From the NCBI GenBank assembly GCA_964016885.1, contig OZ024748.1, positions 59,644,001-59,708,000 of the forward strand: DNA of 64,000 nt, written 5' to 3'. The notes under the pieces were generated by a model. It saw only the letters and a program-made list of their open reading frames with translations. It was not told the DNA's origin and searched no databases. This document shows, piece by piece, positions 14,170 to 27,022 of this stretch (within the stretch, counting starts at the first letter, position 1; every line of letters starts with the position of its first letter). The position numbers were made by a program, and so were the translations under genes. This DNA is from Eledone cirrhosa. Lineage: Eukaryota.

Positions 14170-14468
14170 CAGAGGTTCTCAAATTTTTGGGGCCATCGCG
14201 AAACCACTAACGGCCATGTAATACCATCAACGCCCCCCACCCAATATATAATAAATAAAATCGTTAATTTATATATAATAAATAATATAATATATACTAT
14301 GTATAGATAAATATATATATTTTTCATTTTACTATATTTATATATATGTATCATATGATATTTAAGATACTATTATATCTCTACTGTCCCCTTAGGCCGC
14401 AGAGCCCCCCCCTCTTCTCAATGCCCCTGGTGGGGTGGGATGGGGGGGTACCCACTTTGAGAACCCTC
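14170..14468. mobile_element. hAT-type MITE
   Basis: TIRs cagaggttctcaaa...tttgagaaccct, with tctataga close to both ends. Confidence 0.7.
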
Positions 14469-15929
14469 TTCTATAGAGGAAGTTGGTTGATTTATGGTTT
14501 GTCTTTGGATCTCTAGCGATGGAGACTTTTGGCGTTCTGTGTCCTAAGACCTCCTCTATACTCCTTGCTATAATAGGGGTCATGGCACCGAATTGCCAGT
14601 CGTTAGAACGTCAGATAGAATGTTGTGCGGTATTCGTTTTGGTTCTCTGCTCTTCAAATCCTGATGAGGTTAACTTTACCTTTCGTCCATTCGAGGTCGG
14701 ATATGGAGGTCGATTCTGTATATCTCTTTCTCCAGAGTGGGATTTACGTATAAGCTAAACAAGCTATAGCTTAGGACCCCACTTTCTTGGGGCCCCGAAA
14801 AAATTGAAAAAAACGGTGTGTACATTTCCAAAATATAAGATAAAAAAGAACTAAAATAATGCAATAGTTTTAAAGTTTTCTACTTTAATATTGAACGTTT
14901 TGCAGTTTTTATAACATATAAAGGGTCCTATTATCTCAAATAGCTTAGGCCCTAAGCCTTAGGGCCTCATCAAATCTAAATCCGGCCTTGTCTTTCTCAC
15001 TCCCGTTTCCTCACTCTCTGTCCTTCTCTGGAAGAAATCTGCTGTATTCAGACCTGTAGAATGGATGGGCTCCACCAGGTATTAAAAAAAAGAGAAAGAA
15101 ATGCCCTACAAACATCTACATATTTTAGATGTCGTTGTCTTTGTGTTACTGGAGTCAGTAAAATTAAAGTACATGTCACATACTGCGGTCAATGTAATCA
15201 ACTTTCCTCACCCCACAAATTGCTGGCCTTGTGCCTAAATCTGAAACCATTGTCTATGTACTATACATGCACCTTTGATGAGTTGTAGTACACCTGAGCA
15301 CTGTACACAATAATTTTCATCATCAAACGCCGTATGTCAATGTGGCACCCCCACGATTCCCTCAGGACCATGCACACTCTCGGGTCTCGAATAATTGTCC
15401 CCACTCCGCTTATTAATTTTTCAGACCCCACTTCCCTCCGTATATTAAATTATATTTTAAGTGGTAGCATTCCTGCGACAATTAATTTTCTACATTGCTA
15501 GAAATCCCATACGTAATAAAATATATAGAATATTTTGGGGGTCTGAATATGTAAACTAAACGACTAATTGTTTTTTTTTTTAAATCAACAAGGTCAACCT
15601 AGTAAAATTATTGATTTTGCAGCACACCTGCTTATTCTAACCCCCCACCTCACACCACCCCGTTTATCACCACCTTCTATTATTTGTGACTCGGGAGTTC
15701 ATATACAATAGAGGCGGAGTTGGCTACCCGTAGGAGTGAGCCCCCACCCCCTCATGAGTTGGAATGGTTATTTCAACGTGTCTCCATCTCTAGATTCCGA
15801 GGGAAGCCCCCTTCTATATTTTGTCTGTTGAGACCACAAGGTGGCTTGTTCCTAGGCTTTCGAACGCCAGATATATATACATATATATAGGAAAAGAGTC
15901 AGGACCCCGACGGCTGAGCTCAGGCCGTT

Positions 15930-16079
<150 letters not shown>

Positions 16080-16168
16080 ATGTGTGTGTGTGTCTGATGG
16101 TAGCTAAGATGCTTCCATAGGCGGTATGCCAGTTGAGCACTCTATGCTCTTGCAGAGCAGAGTATGAT

Positions 16169-16438
16169 AGAATAGAAAACGAAAAATCAGTGATGCATCT
16201 GAACTTAATTTATTGTGTGTTACAATTGTTTCGCTGGCGGACAGACGCGATCATTGTGTGGATCTGTCTGATTTCGGAGCATATGCTCCGAAATCATTAC
16301 ACGTGTCCGTCGAACCTGCGGGTCCAGAATCAGACAGATCCACACAATGATTGCGTCTCGAGCTGTCCGCCGGCGAAACAATTGTGACACACAATAAATT
16401 GAGTTCAGATGCATCACTGATTTTTCATTTTCTATTCT
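16169..16438. repeat. Fold-back element with ~100-bp inverted arms
   Basis: gaatagaaaacgaaaaatcagtgatgcatc...ctgtctga pairs with tcagacag...gatgcatcactgatttttcattttctattc. Confidence 0.9.
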
Positions 16439-16544
16439 CTTTCTCTCTCTCTCTCTATATATATATATATTATATATATATATAGTAATAATAATAAACT
16501 TTAATCTGTTATTTAAAAAAATAAAATATATATATATATATATA

Positions 16545-16735
16545 TGTATAGGAATAGGTATGACCCCGACGGCAGAGCTCAAGCCGTTTCGAGTCCAGAA
16601 TTAGCCGTCGAAACGGCTTGAGCTCTGCCGTCGGTGTCATACTTGTTCCTATTACCCACTCTACTACCCTAAGTATTGAGTACTTGTTGGTGCGTTATGG
16701 TCCATCTGGTTCCTTACCACATTTCCTTCGTTATA
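16545..16735. mobile_element. Palindromic pLTR-like element carrying a hammerhead 3' half
   Basis: Inverted arms surround gtccagaattagccg, with GAAA-cggc..gccg-TC. Related copies at 12380, 15890, 17340-17460, 22380-22555 and 40170-40360. Confidence 0.6.
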
Positions 16736-16738
16736 TAT

Positions 16739-17150
16739 GGTGGCTGCCAACTCGTTTTCGAGTACGGCCACTACTTTATATCCATGCAGGAGAACCCTTA
16801 CCGATGCGCTGAACGAGTGTGACTTTTTAGTCCAGCCAGCGACTTGAAAACCCTGGTACAAACACTACACTTGTGACAATTATTGACACATAGTGCTGGG
16901 CCCATGTTACCATGTGACGACAAGTGCAGAGAGATCTCCAGATATAAAGCAATGCCTGTGCCGTGAAGCTTTTATAGTGAGCAAAGGCACTGCACAAAGC
17001 CAGTCCCACTCTCTTAACCAAGATGATATTTACCTAAAAGAAGAACAAGTCAACATCATTGGATACCATCAGGGTTGCAGGTGTTATCTCAGAGTTTTCC
17101 TTCTCCTAGAATTCTGCCTTGACAAAGGCTAAGGGGTCATCTCTCCCGGA
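16739..17150 (-). mobile_element. Non-LTR (RTE-like) 3' fragment
   Basis: Near-identical second copy at 48105-48510, whose minus ORF remnant [22 protein letters not shown] resembles a LINE C-terminal zinc finger. Confidence 0.65.
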
Positions 17151-17265
17151 TATATATATATATGAGATTCTACAGGACTAGAACTCTTTCATTCAAACTT
17201 TATACTCTGCTTTGTATTGAGTACCTTACTTACTGTGGTCACCTCCGATTCAACCCGGAATAACT

Positions 17266-17321
<56 letters not shown>

Positions 17322-17456
17322 CTATATATATATATATATAACGAAGGAAATGTGGTAAGGAACCAGGTGGACCATAACGCACCAAAGTACGCCCAGAGGA
17401 AGTCCAGAATTAGCCGTCGAAACGATTTCAGCTCAGCCGTCGGGGTCCTACTCGTT

Positions 17457-17542
<86 letters not shown>

Positions 17543-17619
17543 TCCCTTCTCCTAGATTGTCCAAAAAATTTCCATTTTACGAGATATATCTCGATTTTTC
17601 CTAAATACCTGTTGTAGAC

Positions 17620-18060
17620 AGATAGATAGATAGATAGATGGTGAGAGAGAAGGAGAAAGGGAGAGGATGGAAAAGAGAGAGAGAGGGAGAGGGAGTGAGG
17701 GAGAAAGAGTAAGAGAGGGAGTCAAAGAGCGAGAGAGAGAGAGTGTGTCAAAGGGTGAGAGGGAGAAAGTGTAAGAGAGAGAGAGTGAGATAGAAAGAGT
17801 AAGAGAGAGAGAGAGAGTCAAAGAGAAAGAGAATGAGATAAAAAGAGTAAGAGAGAGAGAGAGGGAAGGAGAAAGAGTAAGAGAGCGAGAGAGAGAGTGT
17901 GAGGGAGAAAGAGTAAGAGAGAAAGTGAGAGTTAAAGACAGAGAGAGAGAGAAGAGTATGAGAGAGTGAGAGAGAGTGTGAGGAAGAAAGAGTAAGAGAG
18001 AAAGTGAGAGTCAAAGACAGAGAGAGAGAAAGTGAAAAGAGTAAGAAAATGTGAGAGAGA
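17620..18060. repeat. GA-rich low-complexity tract
   Basis: Directly visible. Confidence 0.9.
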
Positions 18061-18460
18061 GGTTGTCTGTCTACCAAAACAATCAACAGGTTTTTGTCAG
18101 AGGTGATGGGAAACAAAAAGAAGATGGCGAGAATTTCATTCAAGAGATTCGCTGTCAAAAAGGCGGAGACAAATGGCCTTGAGACAGAACTAGACGCGTC
18201 AGTTACTGCTTGCTGTAATTATATATATATATACTAGCAGAATGGCCCGGCGTTGCTCGGTATTTGGTCTAGGGTTCTTATATATTTGATATATATTTAT
18301 CCTTATCGAGCCTCGTGAAATAAATACGTTTGTTTATATTTTGTTATTGTGTATGCAAAAATATATGTACACGAATATATAATTATATATATATATATAT
18401 ATATTAAAATAACAGATTAAAGTTTAAGCAAAGAATCACTGCTTTCACCCTTAACGGGAT

Positions 18461-18960
18461 CAGAAACTCCTCTCTCATCCCCTCCATACACATGTTAGTG
18501 TGTATCTGGCACCACCTACATCAAGGCAACTTTGGTACGCATTACTATCAGAAACTCTTGTCTCACCTCCGCCACATGTTATTGTGTATCTGGCACCACC
18601 TATATGGTACACATTACTGTCAGAAACTCCTGTCTCACCCCCGCCATATGTTATTGTGTATCTGGCACCACCTATATGGTACACATTACTGTCAGAAACT
18701 CCTGTCTCACCCCCGCCATATGTTATTGTGTATCTGGCACCACCTATATGGTACACATTACTGTCAGAAACTCCTGTCTCACCCCCGCCATATGTTATTG
18801 TGTATCTGGCACCACCTATATGGTACACATTACTGTCAGAAACTCCTGTCTCACCCCCGCCATATGTTATTGTGTATCTGGCACCACCTATATGGTACAC
18901 ATTACTGTCAGAAACTCCTGTCTCACCCCCGCCATATGTTAGTGCGTGTCTGGCACCACT
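18461..18960. repeat. 72-bp minisatellite (~6.5 copies)
   Basis: The ORF track repeats every 24 aa; the central units are identical. Confidence 0.95.
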
Positions 18961-19642
18961 TATACACCAATTTGTTTACACTTTGCAGTTGATCGTTGCT
19001 GTTTTCATGTCAAAGTAGGACATAACAATTTTTTAGATGTTGAGGTGGGGCATGGTGCACAAAAGGTTGGGAACCACTGATCTAAAGATAGTTTACGATC
19101 GGAACTTACTCGTAAAATGAGTTCTTTGTTTACCGACCAATTCACTTTACAAACAGGTCAGATGAACGGAACCTGGTCATTAAGTGTGGAGTTAATTTGA
19201 AAAACAGGTCACATATGAACGGAACTTTGTCGTAAAGTGAGGAGTGACCTCAATGTAAAAAAAAAAAAGACAAACACGGTAGAGGAAGGAGCCCCACGAG
19301 GAAGAATACAATGGCAAACGAAGTAGGTATTGATGGTTGTTCTTCGTGGAATCGTATTTACCAACTTGTCCAATCAAGTGTGTAGAATTCCCCCCGTCCT
19401 TCTCTCTCTTTCTCTTCTGTTTTTCTTTTAGTTATCATTACTACTTTTTTTTATTTTCATTCAGCATCATGTCATTAATCACATACACACGCACACAGAT
19501 GCACACATGCACACCCAAACACACACATAATATTCTTTTTCTTTATTTTTGACTAAATATCAAATTCTTTCTTATTTTCTATGTAATTTTATCCTAGGAT
19601 TTCTGCTTGTCGTTGGCCCATCTGAGTTATTTCCCCTGACAG

Positions 19643-19681
<39 letters not shown>

Positions 19682-20052
19682 TAAACATTAAAAGAATATA
19701 TCTTTCTGAAAGAATCGCGAGCAATTTATAATGTTATCTAAGCATTTGTAATGTTATTTATGTATATATTTAAAACATATTTGTTATGTTATTCTACTGT
19801 AAATTTATTCACTATCAAAATGTTTCCTTAACACATTAGAATCACTTTGAAATTTAATAAAAGCCATATTATATAACATCAGCTTACTGCAATGAAGACT
19901 ATCTTTTATATTTAAAAAATATATATATAAGAAAGAGAGAGAGAGGTCGGGGTGAAATGAGTGAGAAAACTAGAGTAAGTTGAAACAGAATGAATGAAAA
20001 GGAAAGAAAAAGAAGAGAACAAAGAAGATAGACAACGGGAGAGAAAGAGAGA

Positions 20053-20445
20053 GTTCCCTTTCCAGCTCGAGCCGGTGGGGCTGGATCGAGGGGATGGCAA
20101 AAGGCCAGATGGCATGACCGTCTTCCCGTTCCGCGGTGGCAAACCCCTCGTCTGGGATGCCACTTGCACCGACATTTTCTGCAGCCGCAACCTGGTGCAG
20201 TCTGCGACTGACCCAGGTTCTGCTGCACGTCGGGCTGAGGGGGCCAAACTCCTCAAATACCGGTCGCTCTCCGACAGGTTTGCGGTTGTACCCCTGGCAG
20301 TGGAGACTTCTGGTGTCCTCGGCCCCAGGGCTACCTCCTTACTCACCACCATAGGCGCTGAGTTGGCCAGCCGCAGGTGTGAGCCACGCGAGTTAGAGTG
20401 GCTTTTCCAGCGCGCCTCCCTTGCCGTCCTCCATTCTGTCCGCTG
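20053..20445 (+). mobile_element. Restriction-like endonuclease (PD-D/ExK) 3' fragment of a CRE-like non-LTR retrotransposon
   Basis: LEPVGLDRGDGKRPDGMTVFPFRGGKPLVWDATC...KLLKYRSL...VPLAVETSGVLGP...WLFQRASLAV. It is a GC-rich island in GA repeats; a decayed relative sits at about 14485-14585. Confidence 0.8.
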
Positions 20446-21202
20446 TGGGTGGGCCCCATCGTGTACCGTTGTAGTTGTTGTAGAAGAAACAGGAAGACAA
20501 CGAGAGAGTTGTTATATAATGGACAAGGAGAAAGAGAAAGAGAGAGTTGATGGAGAGGGAGAGAGAGAGTGACAGTTGTTATAGATGGACAGAGAGAGAG
20601 AGAGAGTTGCTGGAGATGGATAGGGAGAGAGGAAGAGAGAGTTGTTATAGATGGACAGATAGAGAGAGAGGAAAAGAGAGTTGTTATAGATGGACAGAGA
20701 TAGAGAGAGAGTTGCTGGAGATAGATAGGGAGAGAGGAAGAGAGAGTTGTTATAGATGGACAGAGAGAAAAAGAGAGAGAGAGTGAGAGTGTGTGACGTG
20801 AGGTATTATTTTAGCTTTCCTCTACCTAACCATTTTTCTCTCCGTGTGCTAATTGCTGATTACTTCAACTACAAAAAACTGATCCTTTAACCCCGTAAAA
20901 ATGTCCGGTCATTTACACAATATGGACCCCAGATGTTAAACCAGCACTGATCGTTCTGATAGTGGGTTTTAATATAGTTAAAACCATTTTATTATCAACC
21001 ACACCTAAGACCATCCATGGTTCTATGATAAAAAAACAAACAAAAACTTCCCGTTTTAAGTGTTTATATTTACATTTAAACATTTCCATCATAATTCTAA
21101 TTAAGAATTTTTTGTTAAATTAAGTTTCTAAGAACATACTACTTGAACAAAATTCCTCTAAATTTTCAATTATTTAAAAAGAATTAATTGAAAATTATAA
21201 GC

Positions 21203-21263
<61 letters not shown>

Positions 21264-21451
21264 TGAAAATTACAGGCGGTGTGTTTATATATTATTTAAA
21301 ATGTGGTCACGATAGCAATATCAGAGATTTTACTATGTAAAAGCTGAGATATTTATGGATTAAGTAACACAGAGAACGGGAACTACCACAATCATAGACA
21401 CTAAGTATATTGTGTAATGAGTTCGGTTAGGAACCCGGTTGTATCCGTAAA

Positions 21452-21496
21452 ACCGGAAGTTGACGTAGTCTTAGCGTGTACCGGAAGTACACGTAG
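21452..21496. promoter_or_regulatory. SLC35B1 proximal promoter motifs (2x ETS, ACGT/CRE-like)
   Basis: ACCGGAAGT at 21452-21460 and 21480-21488, TGACGT at 21461-21466, and ACACGT, in a locally CpG-rich patch 110-150 bp upstream of the ATG. Confidence 0.7.
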
Positions 21497-21599
21497 CTAT
21501 AGCGGACACATGCTTCCACAATCTGAAAGAGACGTGACAAAAGAAACTAAATCTCTATCACAACAAGTTATTATAAACGTTGAACGAAATAGAAGCAAT

Positions 21600-21691
21600 A
21601 TGGCTGTAGCAGCAGATAAAAAAATGTTGTTGTTTTGTTCTGTGGGTATCTTAGTGTGTTATTTCTTCTACGGTATTTTACAGGAAAAGAT
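21600..21691 (+). CDS. SLC35B1: SLC35B1 exon 1
   Basis: MAVAADKKMLLFCSVGILVCYFFYGILQEK(I)|GTAAGT. Confidence 0.93.
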
Positions 21692-23456
21692 GTAAGTATG
21701 ACCATATAATTTACTTGTCAACCATCCCCGCTTTAATAAATAACAACAAACAGCCGCTAGCTTATTTTCTTTTTCTAAATAACTTACTTCTTCCCTATTG
21801 CGGCTGATAAAATAATTAAATGGCTTGTTGAAATTTTAATTATTTATTTGTTAGATCGTAATAATGAATAACATTTACTGAAGAAAGGGAATCGATAAAA
21901 ATGAATTAGAAAGAATTTAAAATAAAACACATGTACAATCTCTCAATTATAATCGATAACACAACAGAGAATGCTAGTAATTTCTTTCTAAAAAATTATG
22001 AGGCAATCCGTTACTGTATGTGATAGCGAGACTGAGTTACGTACCGGCTAGAATAGCAAAGCACCTTCATGAGTGTCATATCATATTTCAGTTATATAGT
22101 AATGATTTACAAACAGAACGCATCAATAAAAGGGAGTCAGAAAAAAAAAGAAGGCATGCACAGTCTCTCAATTATATATTATGATAAAGAAATGTTGGTG
22201 TTTCCCAACTTGGCATTATTGACGATAGCGAAACTGAGTTGCCAGCTGGTTCAGTCAAGTACTCTCACTATAGCCACCTAATAGATATCGTTGGCAGTAA
22301 CACAGCTCCCTTGTTGGTGTTAAAATAGTTTTCAGAAACCAGATTGAAATAACATGTATTATATATATATATATATCAGGCTGGAGGCGGTAAAAACCAG
22401 TTAGACCATTACTCACCAGAGTACTCGATACTTGGAGTAGTAGAGTGGGTAATATGAAAAAATTCAGGACCCCGACAACTGAACACCAGTCGTTTCAACA
22501 GCTAGATCCGAAACGGCCGGAGAGCTTAGCCGTCAGGGTCTTGAATATTTTTCACATATATATACACACACACAAGCCCTTTATTAAATATGATGGTCAT
22601 GCTCTGCTATATATATGTAAAAGATAAACAGAAATAACAAAACAAACGGTACAAAGAACGGTGGAAGAAATATATTAGTTTAATCCTTAATGATACATAA
22701 CATATAATCTTTGGTGATACACGAACTTTTTCCTAGGTAAGATCTATTTGAGTTGTTAGCGTCCTAACAGAAATGACTAAATTTAACGAACACCCTCCAA
22801 GATTTCAGTTGGAAAAAAAAATCTTTTTTTCTTTGTTTGATTTTTCCGTGTGCTACCAATTAACCCAACCTCCTAGATGTTCGCAATCGACTTTTTTTTC
22901 TTCTCCAGGAAAACCTAGGGGGTGGAGTGGGTGTTCACCTCCTCTTGCCTCGGAGTTTTCTCTACGATGTTTTTTTTTTTTTTTCCGCGTGTTATCAACG
23001 AATATGACCTCCAAAAACCAGATGGAAACGACTAGCTTTGTAGAAAAAGGAGGGTTAAAGGGGGTGGATAAAACATGGGAGTTTCGCAGATCTACACCCC
23101 TAGCACACTAAAAAAAACGAGGAAATATTCTCTCCACTGAAATCGAAGATGTTCTTCTATAGTAATAATATCCTTTAGTAATATTCTATAGTAATAATAT
23201 CCTAATGGGACAGTTGTGATACAATAATACACACCACAAACATCGATGCCGGGAAATTTTTTTCTAAACAAAATAAACAATAAAGGGTTATCTTTCATTA
23301 TTGGTACGTTAAGAAAACGAAAGTAAATTGACCATGATTACGGCCACGGTACATAAAGTTAACTTCATATTCAGAGAAATTGCCAAATATACATACACAC
23401 ACACACTCATATATATGTGTGTGTGTGTATATATATGTATACACACACACACACTC

Positions 23457-23488
<32 letters not shown>

Positions 23489-23552
23489 ATATATATGTAT
23501 ATTTATTAAATAACAGATTAAAGTTTAAGCAAAGAATCGCTGCTTTCACCCT

Positions 23553-23935
23553 TGATAATGATAATGAAATTATTGTGTACAGTGCTCAGGTGCACTACAA
23601 CTCATCAATGGGGCATGTGTAGTACATAGAATAATGTACAAATGTCAGAAAAGTGAATAGTGTATGAGTCATGATATACATACAGATACATGTGTGTTTG
23701 GAGGGGGGCGGGGGGCGGATATCAGGTGCAGTGTTGGCAAATTTCAGGAAACATGGAGGTTTTAAAGGATGCAGGGTCCCGACAGCTAACAACTGATGCA
23801 GGTAGTTTGTTCCATGCTTCAGTAACTCTGAGTGTGAAAAAATGTTTCCGAAAGTCATAGGAGCTGTGCTGTTTTTGACTTGTATGCCCATGGAATTCAA
23901 ATATGTGCTCAGTGTTGTTGGCAAGATGGTTAATA
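23553..23935 (-). mobile_element. CR1-type LINE 3' end between ~45-bp inverted repeats
   Basis: Minus frame reads FRKHFFTLRVTEAWNKLPASVVSCRDPASFK. The 3' tail also occurs at about 15275-15325. Inverted flanks taaataacagattaaagtttaagcaaagaatcgctgctttcaccctt are at 23507 and 23955-24000. Confidence 0.8.
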
Positions 23936-25105
23936 ATCTTCTGAAGATCCTGTTAAGGGTGAAAGCAGCGATTCTTTGCTTAAACTTTAATCTGTTATTT
24001 AATAAATATTTGCTCTAGGGTTCTTATATATTTGATATATATTTATCCTTATCAAGCCTTTTTGGATTTTAGTCTTCAAATATATTATTATCACTATATA
24101 TATGTATATACACATACATATACACACATTTATACATGCACACACACATATATATATACATATACACACACATATATATATATATACATATACACACACA
24201 CATATATATATATATATACATATACACATATTCATACATACACACACACATACATATACCACAATGAAAAGCACCCAGTACTCACTATACATGAGGCGGG
24301 CATTCAGCTGTAGAAACCAAGCCAAAATCAATTCTGTACAATCAAGACATGGTCACCTGACCTAACATTGCCCACAACAGGACAACTCGTCTAACCCATG
24401 CTAGCGTGGAAGAATGGAGGTAAAACGCTAATGATGATGATAATGTATATTGACAAGATCCCAGACCTCGCTCACTTAATGAGTGGGGAGGACCTTGTCA
24501 AATCGTTCCCATTGGTATTTCCAATTGCTAATACTATCTACCGGTTGCAAATCCAGGCAGAAGGAGCAACAGGAAATAAAGTGTCTTGCTCAAGGACATA
24601 ATGCATCACCTGGCCCGGGAATCGAAATCACAACCTCATGATTGTGAATCCAATTCTCTAACCACTCAGCCATATATATATCTAACAAAATACATTGTCC
24701 ATGTATTTCAATTAATTTTTTAAAGTAATTATGAATTTGTAAGAGCTTAATGAAATAACCGACAATTCCATTATTAACCCTTTCATGACCACATTTTTAA
24801 TGAAATATACTATTTATTTAATTAACGAAGGAGCTTGAGGTATTTACTAAAATCATTATTTCATTACTAAGATAGTAACTTAATGTCAGGTTCTTATGTA
24901 AAATTATACTGGAAGATTTTAATTTAAATAGGAAACCTTTAAAATAGGTGGTTTTATTTCATAGAACTAGCACCGGTTTTGGAATGACCAATGGAAGTAT
25001 AATTCCCTCGGTCTGATCTGATGATTGAATCATTTCCTTTGTCCTTTTTCTGACATATTTTTAAAGAAATGTCCTTTCCTTCTACTTTATTTATTTTCCT
25101 CACAG

Positions 25106-25209
25106 AACCAAGGGTCAGTATGGAGAAGGGGAGAACCAGGAGAGATTTACTTACACTCTAGCTTTGGTATTTATTCAGTGTATCATCAATGTGGCTGCAT
25201 CTAAGTTTT
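25106..25209 (+). CDS. SLC35B1: SLC35B1 exon 2
   Basis: cacAG|(I)TKGQYGEGENQERFTYTLALVFIQCIINVAASKF|GTAAGT. Confidence 0.95.
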
Positions 25210-26141
25210 GTAAGTAGAATCTATTGTCTTATTGTTTACGCTCGGGTCTCGAATAATCGTCCCTCATCCACAGATCAATTGTTCAGCTAATTCTGGTTTT
25301 TGAAAAAAACCAATAGAGACAATCTAGAAAAATTACTGATTTTCCAACCCCAACCCTTACTGATCATCTGTCCCATGTAATCATCATCATCATCATTATC
25401 ATCTTTGTTTTATGTCCGTTTTTTTCTACGCTTGCATGGGTTGAAGGTGTTCTTTTCAGCACAACATCTCTCCACTCGTCACATTCCTTCGTCATCTCCT
25501 CTGTGAGTCTCAGCGATTTGAGATCAGCTCTCACCACCTTTGCCTAGGTCTTTCTTCTGTAATTAAGACCTTTGTGTCATTGTGTGTGACACCCTGAATT
25601 GGAAATATACAAGTTGATCCTTTGGAACCCATTTCATGGAATTGTAAGGTGAGGAAAATACCGATATACTTACATTGACAAACTGATCAAAGACACTGGC
25701 CTGGACTGTGTCCAGGACTTCAAGATGTTGATATTGGACGAAGATGTGTGGTGGAGTGACTTTGTCCCTGCGGCCTGGGTCGAAACCGGCTAAGAAGAAG
25801 AATAAGGTCTTTCTCGGTCTACCTCTACTGGGATTTCCTGCCACTTCTTCACCCAGCGATCATCATCCATGTGCATCACATATTTGTATCAACGCAATCT
25901 TCTCTCCTGCAGACCACTTCACATTCTTCTTCAACCCAGTTTCTCCCTCAGTTCAATATATATATATATATATATATATAATGATGGCTGTCACCGAAAT
26001 ATATATAGCAGTAATTTATAATAAACGAAGCCAAATTTTACATATTTGACTTAATTATTATATATATATAATAATTAAGTCAAATATGTAAAATTTGGCT
26101 TCGTTTATCCAGTATATAGTATATTCTATAAAAGGGCAATT

Positions 26142-26196
26142 ACTGCTATATATATTTCGGTGACAGCCATCATTGGCTGTGACCTCTTCAGGCAGT
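26142..26196 (-). ncRNA. Minimal type-I hammerhead ribozyme motif (antisense in SLC35B1 intron 2)
   Basis: actgc CTGAAGA ggtcacagcca-atga-tggctgtcacc GAAA tatata TA gcagt. Inverted partial copies flank it at 25981-26058 and 26302-26388. Confidence 0.82.
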
Positions 26197-26489
26197 CTGA
26201 ATTGGTGTGGGAAAGACAGGTACACATGTTGTTGAAGTGTGTTTTACTCTGTCAATACATCGATATGTCCAGCTCCTGGTTGTGTTGTTATTCCTCCGAA
26301 GAATGATGGCTGTCACCAAAATATATATAGCAGTATATCTATAATTTATAATAAACGAAGCCAAATTTTACATATTTGACTTAATTATTTTACATTACTC
26401 CTGAGTAAACAAACCAACCTGTCGAGTGCTCCAATCTGCATACTGAGGTGTAGGTAAACAACCAACATATACTCAATATATATATATAT

Positions 26490-26823
26490 ATCATTTCATT
26501 TCATTTTATTTTACGTCCACTTTTCCCTGCTTGCAAGGGTGGGATGGGAACTGATTCTGGCTTGATTTCTACAGCTGGATGCCCTTCCTAACACCAACCT
26601 CATTTACAGTGAGTGCTGGGTGCTTTTTTGCCGTGGCACCTCCACGACCACTTTGCAGTGGAATGATAGGGACCCCAGTCCCTATCATCTCATTTCTACA
26701 TCTGAGTAAACTGGAGCAATGTGACATAAAGTGCCTTGCTCAAGGAAACAAGACATCACCCGGTCTGAGAATTGAACTCACAACCTTTCGATTGCAAGGC
26801 CAATGCTCTAACCACTAAGCCAC
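26490..26823 (-). mobile_element. SINE family 1 copy (RTE tail)
   Basis: Same head, core and tail as 3141-3703. Further copies at 30100-30460 (+), 34408-34820 (-) and 41511-41765 (-). Confidence 0.85.
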
Positions 26824-26894
26824 TATATATATATATATTCATTATCAGAGCACCAATACAAATTTATATATTTCCGTTTCTTTTGTTCTTACAG

Positions 26895-27022
26895 CCATGT
26901 CTGTGTTCCATTCGCCCAAAGATTCAACCTCAAAGACACTGTATGCACTCTGCTCCCTTACATATCTGTTTGCAATGTTAGCAAGTAACCATTCTTTACA
27001 ACATGTCAACTATCCAACACAA
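26895..27022 (+). CDS. SLC35B1: SLC35B1 exon 3
   Basis: tacAG|(S)[42 protein letters not shown]|GTAAGG. Confidence 0.95.

Noticed and set aside
14660-14700. CTGATGAGG motif
   Set aside because: It is a mutated SINE family 2 core (ccgccgaggttaactttgcc) with no GAAA half.
18233-18262. actagcagaatggcccggcgttgctcgg resembling a Helitron-like terminus
   Set aside because: Single short motif with no matching second end identified.
18461-18960. Regular repeats as a possible CRISPR array or repeat protein (also 28990, 60935)
   Set aside because: Units are tandem with no unique spacers, the context is eukaryotic, and there are no cas genes.
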